NCBI GenBank assembly: GCA_030583805.1
Contig: CP129476.1
Location: 604,129 to 668,128 of the forward strand
DNA length: 64,000 bases
From: Patescibacteria group bacterium
GTDB taxonomy: Bacteria > Patescibacteriota > Patescibacteriia > SG8-24 > DYFX01
Direction: 5' to 3'
Shown here: positions 19,002-30,656 of the stretch, piece after piece
Numbering within the stretch: position 1 is the first letter of the stretch
How the letters are laid out: each line of letters opens with the position of its first letter
Notes under the pieces: generated by a model
What the model saw: only the letters and a program-made list of their open reading frames with translations
Databases searched by the model: none
What the model was told of the DNA's origin: nothing
Program-made: the position numbers and the translations under genes

Positions 19002-19631
19002 TCAGTTGCTGTAACCCTTTTCGATAAGGGCGATCGTCTCGAGCGGAGCGACGACCGTGGAGGCCTTGAGCACGTCGACGAGGTTGAGGTCGCCGGCGGT
19101 CACGGTCCAGATGTTCTGGAGGTTGCGGGAAGCGCGGATCGCCATCTTGTCGGCCTTCGGGAGGACGAGCAGGACGTTGCGGCCGACCGGGAGCTTCTTC
19201 AGCATGCCGGCCATGAGCTTCGTCTTGCCTTCTTCCATCTTGAAGGCGTCGAGACCGATGAACGATTCGCCGCGGACCTTGTCGGCGAGCACCATGGCGA
19301 GCGCGGCCTTCTTGGTCTTGCGGTTGATCTTCTTGGAGAAGTTGCGGTTGGAGCGCGGACCGAAGGTGATACCACCGCCGACCCAGATCGGAGAGCGGGT
19401 GGAACCGTGGCGAGCGCGGCCGGTGCCTTTCTGCTTCCACGGCTTCTTGCCGCCGCCGCGAACTTCGCCGCGGGTTTTGGTGTGCGCGGAAGCGGTGCGG
19501 CTGTTGGCCATCTGCGCTTCAGCGGCGAGGTGGACGAGGCCTTCGTTGACCTTCACGTCGAACGGCTTCGGAGCCATTTCGCGCTCGGACACGACCTTGC
19601 CCTCCATGTTGTAGACTTTGATCTTCGACAT
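19002..19631 (-). CDS. rplD: 50S ribosomal protein L4
   Basis: 209 aa, L4 fold with extended loop RGGGKKPWKQKGTGRARHGS. Confidence 0.9.
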   Translation of the reverse strand: MSKIKVYNMEGKVVSEREMAPKPFDVKVNEGLVHLAAEAQMANSRTASAHTKTRGEVRGGGKKPWKQKGTGRARHGSTRSPIWVGGGITFGPRSNRNFSKKINRKTKKAALAMVLADKVRGESFIGLDAFKMEEGKTKLMAGMLKKLPVGRNVLLVLPKADKMAIRASRNLQNIWTVTAGDLNLVDVLKASTVVAPLETIALIEKGYSN

Positions 19632-19635
19632 ATGT

Positions 19636-20349
19636 TTATTCGGTCACGGCTGCAGCTTCCGTAGCGGGAGCCGCTTCCTGCGCGACCGGCGCCTCTTCGG
19701 CCGGCTTCTTCGCGGAGATGTATTTCATCGCGCCTTCCGGAGCGACGACGAGGAGGGTCGTGCCGCGCGCGCCCGGAACCGCGCCTTTGACGGCGATGAG
19801 TCCCTGTTCAGCGTTCACGTCAACGATCTCGAGATTCTTCACCGTCACGCGGTCGCCGCCCATGCGTCCGGCCATGCGCTGGCCCGGATGCACGTGCTGG
19901 TGGCCGCCCGCGCCGATCGAACCCGGCATGCGGAGGTTGTCCTTGTGACCGTGGGTCGCAGGACCGCCGCCGAAACCGTGGCGCTTCACGACGCCCTGGA
20001 AGCCCTTACCCTTCGAAAGGCCCGTAACGTCGATGACGTCGCCGGAAACGAAGGATTCAGGATCGCAGACCGCACCGACTTCGATCCCTTCGACGGAATC
20101 GAGGCGGAATTCGCGGAGCGTGGCGAGGTCGCCATGCTCGGCAACGGGCTTCAAATGCCCGACCTGCGGCTTGGCGAGGTGCTTCTTAGAGCCCGTGCCG
20201 ACCTGGACCGCGACATAGCCGTCCGTGTCGGAAGTCTTGACCTGCGTAATGACGCAGGGCTCGACCTTCACGAGCGTCACCGGCACCACTTCGCCCGAAG
20301 GGCGGTAGCGCTGGGACATTTCGAGTTTTCGTCCGATGATGAATTTCAT
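19636..20349 (-). CDS. rplC: 50S ribosomal protein L3
   Basis: 237 aa, ...TQVKT...GKGFQGVVKRHGFGGGPATHG. Confidence 0.9.
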   Translation of the reverse strand: MKFIIGRKLEMSQRYRPSGEVVPVTLVKVEPCVITQVKTSDTDGYVAVQVGTGSKKHLAKPQVGHLKPVAEHGDLATLREFRLDSVEGIEVGAVCDPESFVSGDVIDVTGLSKGKGFQGVVKRHGFGGGPATHGHKDNLRMPGSIGAGGHQHVHPGQRMAGRMGGDRVTVKNLEIVDVNAEQGLIAVKGAVPGARGTTLLVVAPEGAMKYISAKKPAEEAPVAQEAAPATEAAAVTE

Positions 20350-20677
20350 AGTTCTCTTAGGCAGAGGAACACTTAGTTATGTTCGATGCCTGTCTCCGTT
20401 TCGCTTGGGATCCTCCCCCGTCCTGCGCAATAACAGAAACAAGAAGTTCCGGCGCCGATCCTTCCGAACATGTTCGGGGGATATCAGCGAAGAAACTTCT
20501 TGCATCTGTCACGTACGCGTGGCTTGGCGTTGTCGAGACAAGTCAGGTTGTAGCGGGAACTCTCACTCTCGCGAAGGATGCATCCAGAGGTTTTGGCGCA
20601 GTAGCCACCAGGAAATCATGCCATCTTTCTCTGCCGTTCCATGCGAGGTTGAGTTGTCACTCGGGCTCGGACCGATC
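20350..20677 (-). other. 328-nt noncoding spacer between rpsJ and rplC inside the ribosomal operon; candidate structured leader or ncRNA
   Basis: No ORF of 60 aa or more on the operon strand even with alternative start codons. Contains perfect palindromes CCGAACATGTTCGG and GGATGCATCC, and C5/G5 tracts able to pair over long range. Confidence 0.3.
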
Positions 20678-21016
20678 TTACATTTTGATCTCGACGTCGA
20701 CGCCGGCCGGGAGGTTCAGGGACATCAGCGATTCGACCGTTTTCGGAGTCGGATCGACGATATCGATGAGCCGCTTGTGCACGCGCATCTCGTACTGCTC
20801 GCGGGCGTTCTTGTGAACGAAGGTCGAGCGGTTGACGGTGTACTTGTGCTTTTCGGTCGGAAGCGGGACGGGACCTTTGACGGAAGCGCCGGTGCGCTGC
20901 GCCGTATCGATGATCGTGCGCGTGGACTGGTCGATGACCTTGTGGTCGTAGGCGCGGATCTTGATGCGGACGCGGCTGGCCGCCGTCGTTTCGTCAGTCT
21001 TGGTTTTCTTCTCCAT
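20678..21016 (-). CDS. rpsJ: 30S ribosomal protein S10
   Basis: [39 protein letters not shown]. Confidence 0.9.
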   Translation of the reverse strand: MEKKTKTDETTAASRVRIKIRAYDHKVIDQSTRTIIDTAQRTGASVKGPVPLPTEKHKYTVNRSTFVHKNAREQYEMRVHKRLIDIVDPTPKTVESLMSLNLPAGVDVEIKM

Positions 21017-21076
21017 AAAGATCGTTTTCAGCAGGCAACCCCGGCCCCCTTAATGGGGGTCGGGGTCGGTGCATTG

Positions 21077-22270
<1,194 letters not shown>

Positions 22271-22309
22271 ACGTATACTAATAAAAAAGTTGACGTGTGT
22301 CGGTGGGGA

Positions 22310-22337
22310 GTGTAGCAGAGGCTCAAAAAGCGGTCAA
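22310..22337 (-). promoter_or_regulatory. sigma70-like promoter TTGACC-N17-TACACT upstream of tuf
   Basis: On the minus strand CTTGACCgctttttgagcctctgcTACACT, about 45 nt upstream of the tuf ATG. Confidence 0.4.
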
Positions 22338-22429
22338 GTGGTCCTTTTTGGCCTTATCTCAGGCTTAAGCGGGGCGTAGCGAAGCGCAGTACAGAGGATG
22401 ACCTAACCTCTCGCTCAAGCCCGCAGGGC

Positions 22430-22891
22430 TTATTCCAGGGGCTCTAAGTAGAACTGTTCCTCCCCCTCTTGGTCCTGTGCCGCATTTTGCGGGGTGGGAG
22501 GCGGTTGGAGGGGGTTCGGGCGGGGTTCCGGCGCCAGTTTCGGGCGCGGTTCCGGAGGTTTTAAAGCTTCCGGAGCTGGCCGTTCATCGATCCGGGGCCG
22601 GTCCTGAGCCAGGCGTGGGCCGGGTGGCGGAGGCTGCGGCGGAGCTTTCCAAAGCGGGATTTCGCGTTTTGGAGGCTTATTATCGGGGAAACTCGTGGAA
22701 ATCGGCAGGGTTTGCGGCGGCGCCGGGTCGCGTTTCATGACCTCAGGCTTCCACTCGCCGACGACCAGTTTTTCGTAATGGTCGAGCCCCATGAGCACGA
22801 AGGGGTTCTCTCCCGCCGGGTCGGTGATGACCAAGCGATCCCCCGTTTTTTCAATCAGGGAGAGAAGGCGTTTGAGTGTTTCTTCCTTCAT
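22430..22891 (-). CDS. hypothetical protein: Phd/YefM-like N-terminal fold followed by a proline-rich tail
   Basis: Start MKEETLKRLLSLIEKTGDRLVITDPAGENPFVLMGLDHYEKL (ATG 22891), then PxxP-rich low-complexity APPQPPPPGP...PEPRPKLAPEPRPNP. Confidence 0.45.
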   Translation of the reverse strand: MKEETLKRLLSLIEKTGDRLVITDPAGENPFVLMGLDHYEKLVVGEWKPEVMKRDPAPPQTLPISTSFPDNKPPKREIPLWKAPPQPPPPGPRLAQDRPRIDERPAPEALKPPEPRPKLAPEPRPNPLQPPPTPQNAAQDQEGEEQFYLEPLE

Positions 22892-22959
22892 AGGCAAGGC
22901 CGTTAAGTGGCCACACTGTAGCGCGTCCGGGCCGGGTGTCAACCCATAGAAAAAACCCG

Positions 22960-23172
22960 TCACCGCGAGGCGGAACGGGGTGGCCGATACACGGTTCGCG
23001 CCTTGGGGAGCGGCGCGCGAGCGGGCGGTCGAACTTCGAGAGCGTCGCGCTTGGCGAACACGTGCTGCAGCACGACGGCCAGGGCAATCAACATCACGAC
23101 GGCCGCGAGAATGATGAACGCGGACACGAAGAGCACCAAGAGGGCAGCAGCCAGGAGAGCGAAGAACAGCAT
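22960..23172 (-). CDS. small single-TM hypothetical protein
   Basis: MLFFALLAAALLVLFVSAFIILAAVVMLIALAVVLQHVF, about 70 aa. A longer N-terminus is possible (track ORF 22960-23238). Confidence 0.3.
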   Translation of the reverse strand: MLFFALLAAALLVLFVSAFIILAAVVMLIALAVVLQHVFAKRDALEVRPPARAPLPKARTVYRPPRSASR

Positions 23173-23260
23173 CGGTGTCTCCTTGCGCACGGACGGCGAC
23201 AATGGGGATATCGTAGCAGCAAAATACGAAGAGGTCACGCCAGAAAGAAAAAAGAAGGCG

Positions 23261-23869
23261 TTAGGAAGCCTTCTCTGCGCTCGTCGACTCTGCTGGATAC
23301 AGATCGTCGATCGTCGCGTTTGCCAAGATCAGCAGGAGTTCGAGCTGGCCGTCCGCGAGCATTGCGGCCTGGCCATTCTCTCCCCCGCGTATCGCCCTGC
23401 GACGCGCGCGGGCTCGAGCGATCAGGGCCTGGTAGTGCAGATCACGCAGCTCGACCCAAGTCGTGCCGATCGCTTTCCAGTCATATGCGTGATTCGCTTT
23501 TCGCAGGTGCTCGGTGAGCTCCGGGATGCACGTGAGCGGTTCGTGATTGTTCCGACGCAGATCCTCAAGGAGCTTCATGGCCGCGTTCAGATGCGCATTC
23601 CATCGAAACTTCTCGAGCTCGTCAGGATGTGTGCCGATATCTTCGTACTCCAGGCCGTGCTCGCTGCACGCGTTCTTGAGGTACTGCAGGTCGTGAAGCG
23701 TCTCGTTCCCGCGCATGGCATGCACGCGCCTGCGGAGCAAATCGCGTTCCGTGATCCGCTTTCTGCTTTGTTTCTCACGAGCCTTCTTCCGACCGACGAG
23801 AAACCAAAGGGGTACGACGACGACGCAAAGCGCGGCAAAAATGATTGCAGAGAGAACGAGCGGATGCAT
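23261..23869 (-). CDS. membrane-anchored hypothetical protein, about 200 aa
   Basis: Start MHPLVLSAIIFAALCVVVVPLWFLVGRKK (ATG 23869), then a charged helical domain. No recognised motif. Confidence 0.45.
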   Translation of the reverse strand: MHPLVLSAIIFAALCVVVVPLWFLVGRKKAREKQSRKRITERDLLRRRVHAMRGNETLHDLQYLKNACSEHGLEYEDIGTHPDELEKFRWNAHLNAAMKLLEDLRRNNHEPLTCIPELTEHLRKANHAYDWKAIGTTWVELRDLHYQALIARARARRRAIRGGENGQAAMLADGQLELLLILANATIDDLYPAESTSAEKAS

Positions 23870-23948
23870 GAAATCCTCCTCCGATGGCGGAAGAATCGCA
23901 TGGTGTATGCGCCGTGTCAATATAAAAACGCCCCGGACAGCAGGGCGC

Positions 23949-24206
23949 TTACTCGAAGATTGCGGACAGGCGGCGCGCCGCGCGGCACGCACGCCAGGAA
24001 CGTATCCAGTCCCCGACGAGCGTATGGCATATCGCTCCGCCACTCAGCGGCAGCAGGCTGAAGATCGGAAGGAACGTCGCTTTGGAAGCGAGGGAGATCC
24101 TCGGATCCGACGCGAGCGCGTACATCCCGTTTGCGCCGAAGCCGATGTAGAACAGGCCGACGAGCACAAGAAGAACCTCTCCCAAAATGCGCGTGTGCAT
24201 CGGCAT
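23949..24206 (-). CDS. small two-TM hypothetical protein
   Basis: MPMHTRILGEVLLVLVGLFYIGFGANG...LPIFSLLPLSGGAICHTLV. Confidence 0.3.
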   Translation of the reverse strand: MPMHTRILGEVLLVLVGLFYIGFGANGMYALASDPRISLASKATFLPIFSLLPLSGGAICHTLVGDWIRSWRACRAARRLSAIFE

Positions 24207-24272
24207 GCGTGCCTCCGTATGGAAACGGTCGCATGATCGCATACGTGCGTCAACAGAAGAAAAAAGCCGACA

Positions 24273-25043
24273 CTAGGCCGGCTGCAAGGCGTTTTTTCGA
24301 TAGAGATCATGGGCTTCGCGCCACATCCGCAACGTCTGGTCCCAACGAAGGGGTTCGATCGAGTAGAGATGACAGCGCGCGCCGTTCCGGCCGAGGAGCA
24401 AATCGTACTTCAACGCGTGGTACGTGCCGACGATGACGACGTCCGGCCGTTCGCGATCAAGCACGTCGAGACTGTGTCTTTCGCGACGAATCGAGGTATA
24501 GGCCGGCTGAAGATCGTTCCATTCCAGGCTCTCAGCCCACTGACTTTCCTCGACGAGAGGGCTCGCCCTGTCTTGCATGACCCACGCCTGGAAGTCCGGA
24601 TGCTCGAGCGGCAGGATTTCCATGCCCGCGTCGATGCAATGAAGCATCCCCTTGTGGCTGCCGGACAATGAACGCTGGTAGCTCCTCAGATCGTCGACCA
24701 ATTCGTCCGACGGCTTTTCGCCTCGGATCGTCTTGTTCGCCGCATACTCCTTGGCACACCGCAGGAAGTCGCTGAGCCACTCAAGCTGCTGCGGCATCAT
24801 TTCCGCACCGATCCGCAAACGCCGTTCCGGCAGGACTCCGCCGAACGATTCAGCGATCACTTTCGGGAAGTCCCATGGGACGTCGTGGCTGTTGCCGATA
24901 ATGAGCGGATCGTACCCTTCCCGCTTCATGCGCTCGACGGCCGGCGGATAGATGCCTTCGGTGATGCGAGAGAACTCTTCCTCCAGATGCGCCGGCGCGG
25001 CGTCGCCGAACTCCTCGAAACAGAACTTCGGTGCGTACGGCAT
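24273..25043 (-). CDS. hypothetical protein, about 256 aa
   Basis: Start MPYAPKFCFEEF (ATG 25043). No motif recognised by eye. Directly downstream of fusA on the same strand. Confidence 0.5.
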   Translation of the reverse strand: MPYAPKFCFEEFGDAAPAHLEEEFSRITEGIYPPAVERMKREGYDPLIIGNSHDVPWDFPKVIAESFGGVLPERRLRIGAEMMPQQLEWLSDFLRCAKEYAANKTIRGEKPSDELVDDLRSYQRSLSGSHKGMLHCIDAGMEILPLEHPDFQAWVMQDRASPLVEESQWAESLEWNDLQPAYTSIRRERHSLDVLDRERPDVVIVGTYHALKYDLLLGRNGARCHLYSIEPLRWDQTLRMWREAHDLYRKNALQPA

Positions 25044-25138
25044 AGCTCCTCCTTTTGCCGACTGAAAAAGATACCTGGTTGAAGCTCGCATGTCAATGCA
25101 AAAACGCCCCGCGGATGCGGAGCGTTTTCGGGAAAGGC

Positions 25139-27220
25139 TTAGCCTTTCTTCTTTCCTTCGAGAATCGCCATTTCGACGTTCTTCGGCACTTCTTCGTAGT
25201 GGTCGAAGGTCATCGAGTAGGAGGCGCGTCCCTGGGAGATCGAGCGGAGCTGGGTCGCATAGCCGAACATTTCGGAGAGCGGAACCATCGCGTCGACGAC
25301 TTTCACGGCGCCGCGATCGCGCATTTCCTGCACTTGTCCACGCTTCGAGTTGATGTCGCCGACGACGTCGCCCATGGCGGACTCCGGCATCAGGACTTCG
25401 ACTTTCATGATCGGTTCGAGAAGGACGAGGCCCGCTTTCTTACAAGCGTCCACGAACGCCATCGAGCCGGCGATTTTGAAGGCGATTTCCGACGAGTCGA
25501 CGTCATGGTACGAACCGTCGTAGACGGTCGCGACGACGTCGAGCAGCGGATAGCCGGCGAGCACGCCCTTCTGGGCGGTTTCGACGACGCCTTTTTCGAT
25601 CGGCTTGATGAATTCCTTCGGAATCGAGCCGCCTTTGATTTCTTCGACGAACTCGACGCCCTTGCCGCGCTCGTTCGGCTTCACGCGCAGCCAGCAGTGG
25701 CCGTATTGGCCGCGACCGCCGGACTGCTTGATGTACTTGCCTTCGGCTTCGGCTTCGCCGCGAATGGCTTCCTTGTAGGCAACCTGCGGCTGACCGACGT
25801 TGGCTTCGACTTTGAACTCGCGCTTCATGCGGTCGACGATGATGTCGAGATGCAGCTCGCCCATGCCGGCGATGATCGTCTGCGCGGTTTCTTCGTCGGA
25901 GCGGACGCGGAAGGTCGGATCTTCTTCGGCGAGCTTGGAGAGCGCGACGCCCATCTTTTCCTGGTCGGCCTTCGTCTTCGGCTCGATCGCGAGCGAGATG
26001 ACGGGCTCGGGGAACGTGATGGACTCGAGCAGTACGGGGCGCTTCTCGTCGCAGAGCGTGTGGCCGGTGAAGGTGGACTTCAAACCGACGCCCGCGGCGA
26101 TGTCGCCGGCGTAGACCTGATCGACCTCTTCACGCTCGTTGGCGTGGAGGCGGACGATGCGGCCGAGGCGTTCGCGCTCGCCCGTCGAGGTGTTCACGAC
26201 GTACGAACCGGCCTTGATGGTTCCGGAGTACACGCGGAAGAAGCAGAGCTTGCCGACGAACGGGTCGGACGCGACCTTGAAGGCCAGCGCCGTGAAGGGT
26301 TCGGCGTCGTCCGTCTTGACCAAGACTTCCTTCGACGGATCGTCGACGTCATGCGCCTTGAGCGGCGGAACGTCGAGCGGGTTCGGGAGATAGTCGACGA
26401 CGGCGTCGAGCATCATCTGCACGCCCTTGTTCTTGAGCGCCGAGCCGCAAAGCACCGGAACGATCTTGAACTCGATGACAGCCTGGCGCAGCACGCGCTT
26501 CAAATCCGCGACGGAAATTTCTTCTCCGGCGAGGTATTTGTTCAGAAGCTCCTCGTCGTTCTCGCAGATAGCTTCGACGAGCTTGGAGCGCCATTCCGCG
26601 GCCTGGGCGGCGTACTCGTCCGGAATGTCGGTTACGTCGACTTTCTGACCGAGGTCGTCGCGGAAGAAGTGCGCCTTGCGCTCGAGCAGGTCGATGATGC
26701 CGTTGAAGCCATCTTCGACGCCGATCGGCAGCTGGATCGGGTGCGCGTTCTTCGTGAGGCGGTCGTGGATCGACTGCAAGTCCTTGTAGAAGTCGGCACC
26801 CGTACGGTCGAGCTTGTTGATGAAGCAGAGGCGCGGGACTTTGTAGTCGTCCGCGTAGTGCCAGTTGGTTTCCGACTGCGGTTCGACGCCGGCGACGCCG
26901 TCAAAAATGACGCACGCGCCGTCGAGCACGCGAAGCGAGCGCTTCACTTCGACCGTGAAGTCGATGTGCCCGGGAGTGTCGATCAGGTTGATGCGGTGAT
27001 CCTTCCAGAAGCAGGTCGTGGCGGCAGCCGTAATCGTGATGCCGCGTTCCTGTTCCTGTTCCATCCAGTCCATCGTGGCGGCGCCTTCGTGCACTTCGCC
27101 GATCTTGTGCTTCTTGCCGGTGTAGAAGAGCACGCGCTCGGAGACGGTGGTCTTGCCGGCGTCGATATGGGCGATGATGCCGATGTTGCGTGTCCGTTCA
27201 AGGGAATATTCGCGGGGCAT
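25139..27220 (-). CDS. fusA: elongation factor G
   Basis: 693 aa, [17 protein letters not shown], full five-domain EF-G. Confidence 0.95.
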   Translation of the reverse strand: MPREYSLERTRNIGIIAHIDAGKTTVSERVLFYTGKKHKIGEVHEGAATMDWMEQEQERGITITAAATTCFWKDHRINLIDTPGHIDFTVEVKRSLRVLDGACVIFDGVAGVEPQSETNWHYADDYKVPRLCFINKLDRTGADFYKDLQSIHDRLTKNAHPIQLPIGVEDGFNGIIDLLERKAHFFRDDLGQKVDVTDIPDEYAAQAAEWRSKLVEAICENDEELLNKYLAGEEISVADLKRVLRQAVIEFKIVPVLCGSALKNKGVQMMLDAVVDYLPNPLDVPPLKAHDVDDPSKEVLVKTDDAEPFTALAFKVASDPFVGKLCFFRVYSGTIKAGSYVVNTSTGERERLGRIVRLHANEREEVDQVYAGDIAAGVGLKSTFTGHTLCDEKRPVLLESITFPEPVISLAIEPKTKADQEKMGVALSKLAEEDPTFRVRSDEETAQTIIAGMGELHLDIIVDRMKREFKVEANVGQPQVAYKEAIRGEAEAEGKYIKQSGGRGQYGHCWLRVKPNERGKGVEFVEEIKGGSIPKEFIKPIEKGVVETAQKGVLAGYPLLDVVATVYDGSYHDVDSSEIAFKIAGSMAFVDACKKAGLVLLEPIMKVEVLMPESAMGDVVGDINSKRGQVQEMRDRGAVKVVDAMVPLSEMFGYATQLRSISQGRASYSMTFDHYEEVPKNVEMAILEGKKKG

Positions 27221-27248
27221 AAAGAAGAGCTAAAAGGGAGACTCGCGA

Positions 27249-27716
27249 TTAGCGAGCGAAGTGGGCGAAGGCGCGGTTCGCCTCGGCCATGCGGTGGACA
27301 TCCAGCTTCTTCTTGACCGCGTTGCCTTCGCCGGCGGCGGCGGAGACGATCTCGTTGCCGAGCTTCTCGGACATCGAGCGGCCCTTCACGGCGTTGGCGG
27401 CATCAATAATCCAGCGGAACCCGAGCATGATGCGGCGTTCGCCGCGCACCGGGATCGGAATCTGGTAGTTGGCGCCACCGACGCGGCGAGATTTGACCTC
27501 GACCTGCGGCATGACGTTCTTGAGGGCTTCGTCGAAGACTTCGATCGGATCCTTTTTCGTCTTTTCGGAGATGAGTTCGAGCGCGCCGTAGACGATTTTC
27601 TGGGCCGTCGACTTCTTGCCGTCGCGCATCACGTAGTTCGTGAGCTTGGCGACGGTTTCGGAGCTGTACTTGGCGTCCGGCTTGATCAGACGCTTGGGGG
27701 CTTGTTTGCCTCGCAT
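27249..27716 (-). CDS. rpsG: 30S ribosomal protein S7
   Basis: 155 aa, ...[16 protein letters not shown]... Confidence 0.9.
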   Translation of the reverse strand: MRGKQAPKRLIKPDAKYSSETVAKLTNYVMRDGKKSTAQKIVYGALELISEKTKKDPIEVFDEALKNVMPQVEVKSRRVGGANYQIPIPVRGERRIMLGFRWIIDAANAVKGRSMSEKLGNEIVSAAAGEGNAVKKKLDVHRMAEANRAFAHFAR

Positions 27717-27740
27717 AGGAATTCTATTTCAACGTCTGAT

Positions 27741-28166
27741 TTAGGACTTGACCTTCGGACGCTTGTTGCCGTAGAGCGAGCGGCCGCGGCGGCGGTCGGC
27801 GACGCCCTGCGTGTCGTAGACGCCACGGACGATGTGGTAGCGGACACCCGGAAGGTCCTTCACGCGACCGCCGCGGATCATGACGATCGAGTGTTCCTGG
27901 AGGTTGTGGCCGACGCCCGGGATGTAAGCGGTGACTTCCATACCGTTCGAAAGGCGGACACGGGCGATCTTACGAAGAGCCGAGTTCGGCTTCTTCGGGG
28001 TCATGGTGGTGACCTTCACGCAGACGCCGCGCTTGAACGGAGAGCCTTTCGGCATGAACTTCTTCCGGCGCTTGATCGTGTTGTTCACGGTCTGCATTGC
28101 CGGGGACTTGGACTTGACCTTCACCGGACGGCGAGGGTTCTTGATCAATTGATGAATGGTAGGCAT
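27741..28166 (-). CDS. rpsL: 30S ribosomal protein S12
   Basis: Start [14 protein letters not shown] (ATG 28166), [32 protein letters not shown]. Confidence 0.9.
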   Translation of the reverse strand: MPTIHQLIKNPRRPVKVKSKSPAMQTVNNTIKRRKKFMPKGSPFKRGVCVKVTTMTPKKPNSALRKIARVRLSNGMEVTAYIPGVGHNLQEHSIVMIRGGRVKDLPGVRYHIVRGVYDTQGVADRRRGRSLYGNKRPKVKS

Positions 28167-28289
28167 GAGAATGGTTACAAAACGCAACTCACGAAACCAT
28201 GAGGGGTTTCGTGCTTCGTATCGCTTCCTCCGCAGCTATGCAGGATCGGCGACCATATTCACTACATCGCCGGGACAGCCTTTCCCTAA

Positions 28290-28335
28290 AGAAAAACCGT
28301 TCCGGTCGAGTAATTCGACAAGCGGAACGGTATCA
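28290..28335 (-). terminator. long imperfect hairpin (CCGTTCCG...CGGAACGG) followed by T-rich tract on the minus strand
   Basis: Read from the sequence, downstream of the 28358-29506 gene and upstream of rpsL. Confidence 0.45.
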
Positions 28336-28357
28336 TTTGAGGGTAAAGGCGTCAAGC

Positions 28358-29506
28358 TCAGCCGACGGTGAACTCGCGAATGAGCTCCGGGTCGCCGTAC
28401 CGGACGGGCTTGAAGATCGTGAGGGCGATGCGCGGACAATTGCGCCAAACCGCCTCATCCGCAGACGCGCTCCGAGCCGTAAGCCAGGCTTGCACCTGGT
28501 CGTGCAGATCGTGCGCGATCCGATGAAAATCGTTCACGTCTTCGCCGGTTGCCGACCAGCTCTTGCTCGCGCCGATCTTCAGATCGACGCGGGGCGGCTG
28601 CGACCAGTACGACGGTTCGAAGCTGTGGATTTGTCCGGCGGGAAGCTTCAGCGCGCTGCGCAGGTCGCACATCGCGTCGTGCAGACCACGATACGCTTTC
28701 GCGTCACGCGCCAGCGCTTGGATCAGCGGATCGGCGTCGAGGTCGCGCGAACTTGAAACCCCAAGATTGCTGAGCGGTACGTGTTGCATGATCGCGCCGA
28801 GCGCCTGGATCTCCCGGCGCTCGAATTGCCGCGCGAGCCCTTTCCACATCGTTGGAACGGCATCCACGCCTCCGAAGTATTGCATCGACGGCGTCTTTTC
28901 GATGAGGAGCAAGATGCCGCGCATGGTGCGATCGCGATGCGCATGGTGTTCCTTGGTCGCGCGAAAGGCCTTCTTCAGAAGATCGTTGCCGCCTTCGTCT
29001 TTCCGCACCGATGCGTCAACAATCGCCGTGAAAAGCGCTTCCGCCTCCTCTTCCGAATTCGTCTCCCGCCAGCGCTGCACGATGATCTCGAGCAATCGCT
29101 GCTTGTACACAAGGAGCGTCGGATCCTTGATTTTCCAACTTTCGTACGTGTCCCGGTCATGCGCCGTGCCGTCGCGGTACTCAGGCGACGCGCGCCAGAG
29201 CTCCATGGCCGCCTGCGCCTGAGCGGCTTTGACCGCCTCTTCATGACGGCGCTGGCGTGCACCCGCATTGGCTTCCGCAACCGACACGCTCTCCTTTCGG
29301 AACGCCTCCGCGTGAACGTCGTCGATCGCAAGCAACAGGAGCTCAAACAGCGCCAGCGCGCGCTCGTCATCATGCCGCTTCACGGCATGGTTGGTGAGTG
29401 GGGCCCTGAGGAGATCCGGGCGCTCCCCAACCGCATGACGCTTGAACAGATCGATCTCCATCCAACGCTTCTCGCCTTCCAGTTTCTTCAAGAGCTTCTC
29501 GTGCAT
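28358..29506 (-). CDS. hypothetical protein, 382 aa
   Basis: Long ORF with ordinary composition. No recognised domain. Confidence 0.55.
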   Translation of the reverse strand: MHEKLLKKLEGEKRWMEIDLFKRHAVGERPDLLRAPLTNHAVKRHDDERALALFELLLLAIDDVHAEAFRKESVSVAEANAGARQRRHEEAVKAAQAQAAMELWRASPEYRDGTAHDRDTYESWKIKDPTLLVYKQRLLEIIVQRWRETNSEEEAEALFTAIVDASVRKDEGGNDLLKKAFRATKEHHAHRDRTMRGILLLIEKTPSMQYFGGVDAVPTMWKGLARQFERREIQALGAIMQHVPLSNLGVSSSRDLDADPLIQALARDAKAYRGLHDAMCDLRSALKLPAGQIHSFEPSYWSQPPRVDLKIGASKSWSATGEDVNDFHRIAHDLHDQVQAWLTARSASADEAVWRNCPRIALTIFKPVRYGDPELIREFTVG

Positions 29507-29555
29507 TGATCTCTCCTTGCGGCCTTGGCCGCCGACTTCTCCCTCGGGAGAATGA

Positions 29556-29590
29556 AAGAAACGCGAGCCTTGGCCCGCGTTTCTCTCTTA
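29556..29590 (-). terminator. hairpin GAAACGCG...CGCGTTTC followed by a T-rich tract on the minus strand
   Basis: Stem read from the sequence, downstream of the M50 protease gene. Confidence 0.35.
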
Positions 29591-29614
29591 GCAGATTGCG
29601 ATGATGTGTTCAAC

Positions 29615-30259
29615 TCAAAACCCCAGCACGCGGAAGGCGAGGCTGGAGAGCCCGTGGATGATCGTGCCGAAGAACATGCTGTTCAAAAGCAGCGCGTCGA
29701 TCAGGATCGCGAAGAGGAGAGCGGTCGGACCGCGCGTTTCGAGCCAGACGCGGGCATGCAGGTATTTCGGATGCTGGAGGAAGAGCAGTAATAATTTCGA
29801 TCCGTCGAGCGGCGGCAGCGGGATCAGGTTGAAGGCGAAGAGGACGACGTTGACCGCCATGAGCGCGCCGAGGAATCCGGCCAAGGCGCTGTTGACCGAC
29901 ATGACGCCGGCCGTGGCCAGGGCGCGGTACGTAAGTCCCACGACGAAGAACAGGAAAAGATTGGAAAGCGGCCCGGCGATAGCGACCCAGACGGGGCCCC
30001 ATTTTTGATCACGGAGGTTGTAAGGGTTGTACGGAACCGGGCGCGCCCAGCCGAAACCGGCGAGCAGCGCGGCGAGCAGACCGATCGGGTCGATGTGCGG
30101 AACCGGATTCAGCGTGAGGCGCCCCAAGCGCTCGGCCGTGTCGTCGCCTTGCATCTTGGCGACCAAGCCGTGACAAAATTCATGAAACGTAAGCGCGGTG
30201 ATGAAGGCGAAGACCCAGGCAAAGGCTTGCAGCGGATCGTTGAGGAGGTTGAACAGCAT
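29615..30259 (-). CDS. site-2 protease family (M50) zinc metalloprotease
   Basis: 214 aa polytopic. HEFCHGLVA HExxH within a TM helix, [13 protein letters not shown] (LDG motif). Confidence 0.8.
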   Translation of the reverse strand: MLFNLLNDPLQAFAWVFAFITALTFHEFCHGLVAKMQGDDTAERLGRLTLNPVPHIDPIGLLAALLAGFGWARPVPYNPYNLRDQKWGPVWVAIAGPLSNLFLFFVVGLTYRALATAGVMSVNSALAGFLGALMAVNVVLFAFNLIPLPPLDGSKLLLLFLQHPKYLHARVWLETRGPTALLFAILIDALLLNSMFFGTIIHGLSSLAFRVLGF

Positions 30260-30303
30260 ACGGTTGCAGGATAGCCCAGAAAAAAGAAAAAGAGTAGCTG
30301 GGG

Positions 30304-30600
30304 CTACTCAATATCCTCCATTGACCGCACGTGCAGGATCAGCCGATCCCCTTCCCCGCGGTACTCGCCAGGGGCGTCGACGACTTCTGCCCAGATCGGG
30401 GAACTTCCAGGAACATCCGGAACGATCAGCACTTCTTCGGCGAAGATTTTCCGAGGGTGGAGCGCACCGGAGCCGTCATCGATCATTAAGATGAACGCGC
30501 CCGCATCCAACATGCGCACGGAGCGCACGTTCGTGATGCGCGTCTCGGTCGGGCGGACGCAGCCGAAATACAAGAAAGAGCAAAGAATGATTTTCTTCAT
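30304..30600 (-). CDS. small secreted protein or lipoprotein
   Basis: Start MKKIILCSFLYFGCVRP (ATG 30600), signal peptide with Cys. 98 aa. Confidence 0.45.
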   Translation of the reverse strand: MKKIILCSFLYFGCVRPTETRITNVRSVRMLDAGAFILMIDDGSGALHPRKIFAEEVLIVPDVPGSSPIWAEVVDAPGEYRGEGDRLILHVRSMEDIE

Positions 30601-30656
30601 GAATTCCTCCTGGCCGCGGCCTACCAAACCCCGCACCGCGATGTCAACAAGCACCC

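Noticed and set aside
22271-22429. tRNA genes upstream of tuf, as found in many bacteria
   Set aside because: No GTTCGAATCC/TΨC-loop-like or acceptor-stem pairing was found on either strand. Only a promoter-like element and a short hairpin.
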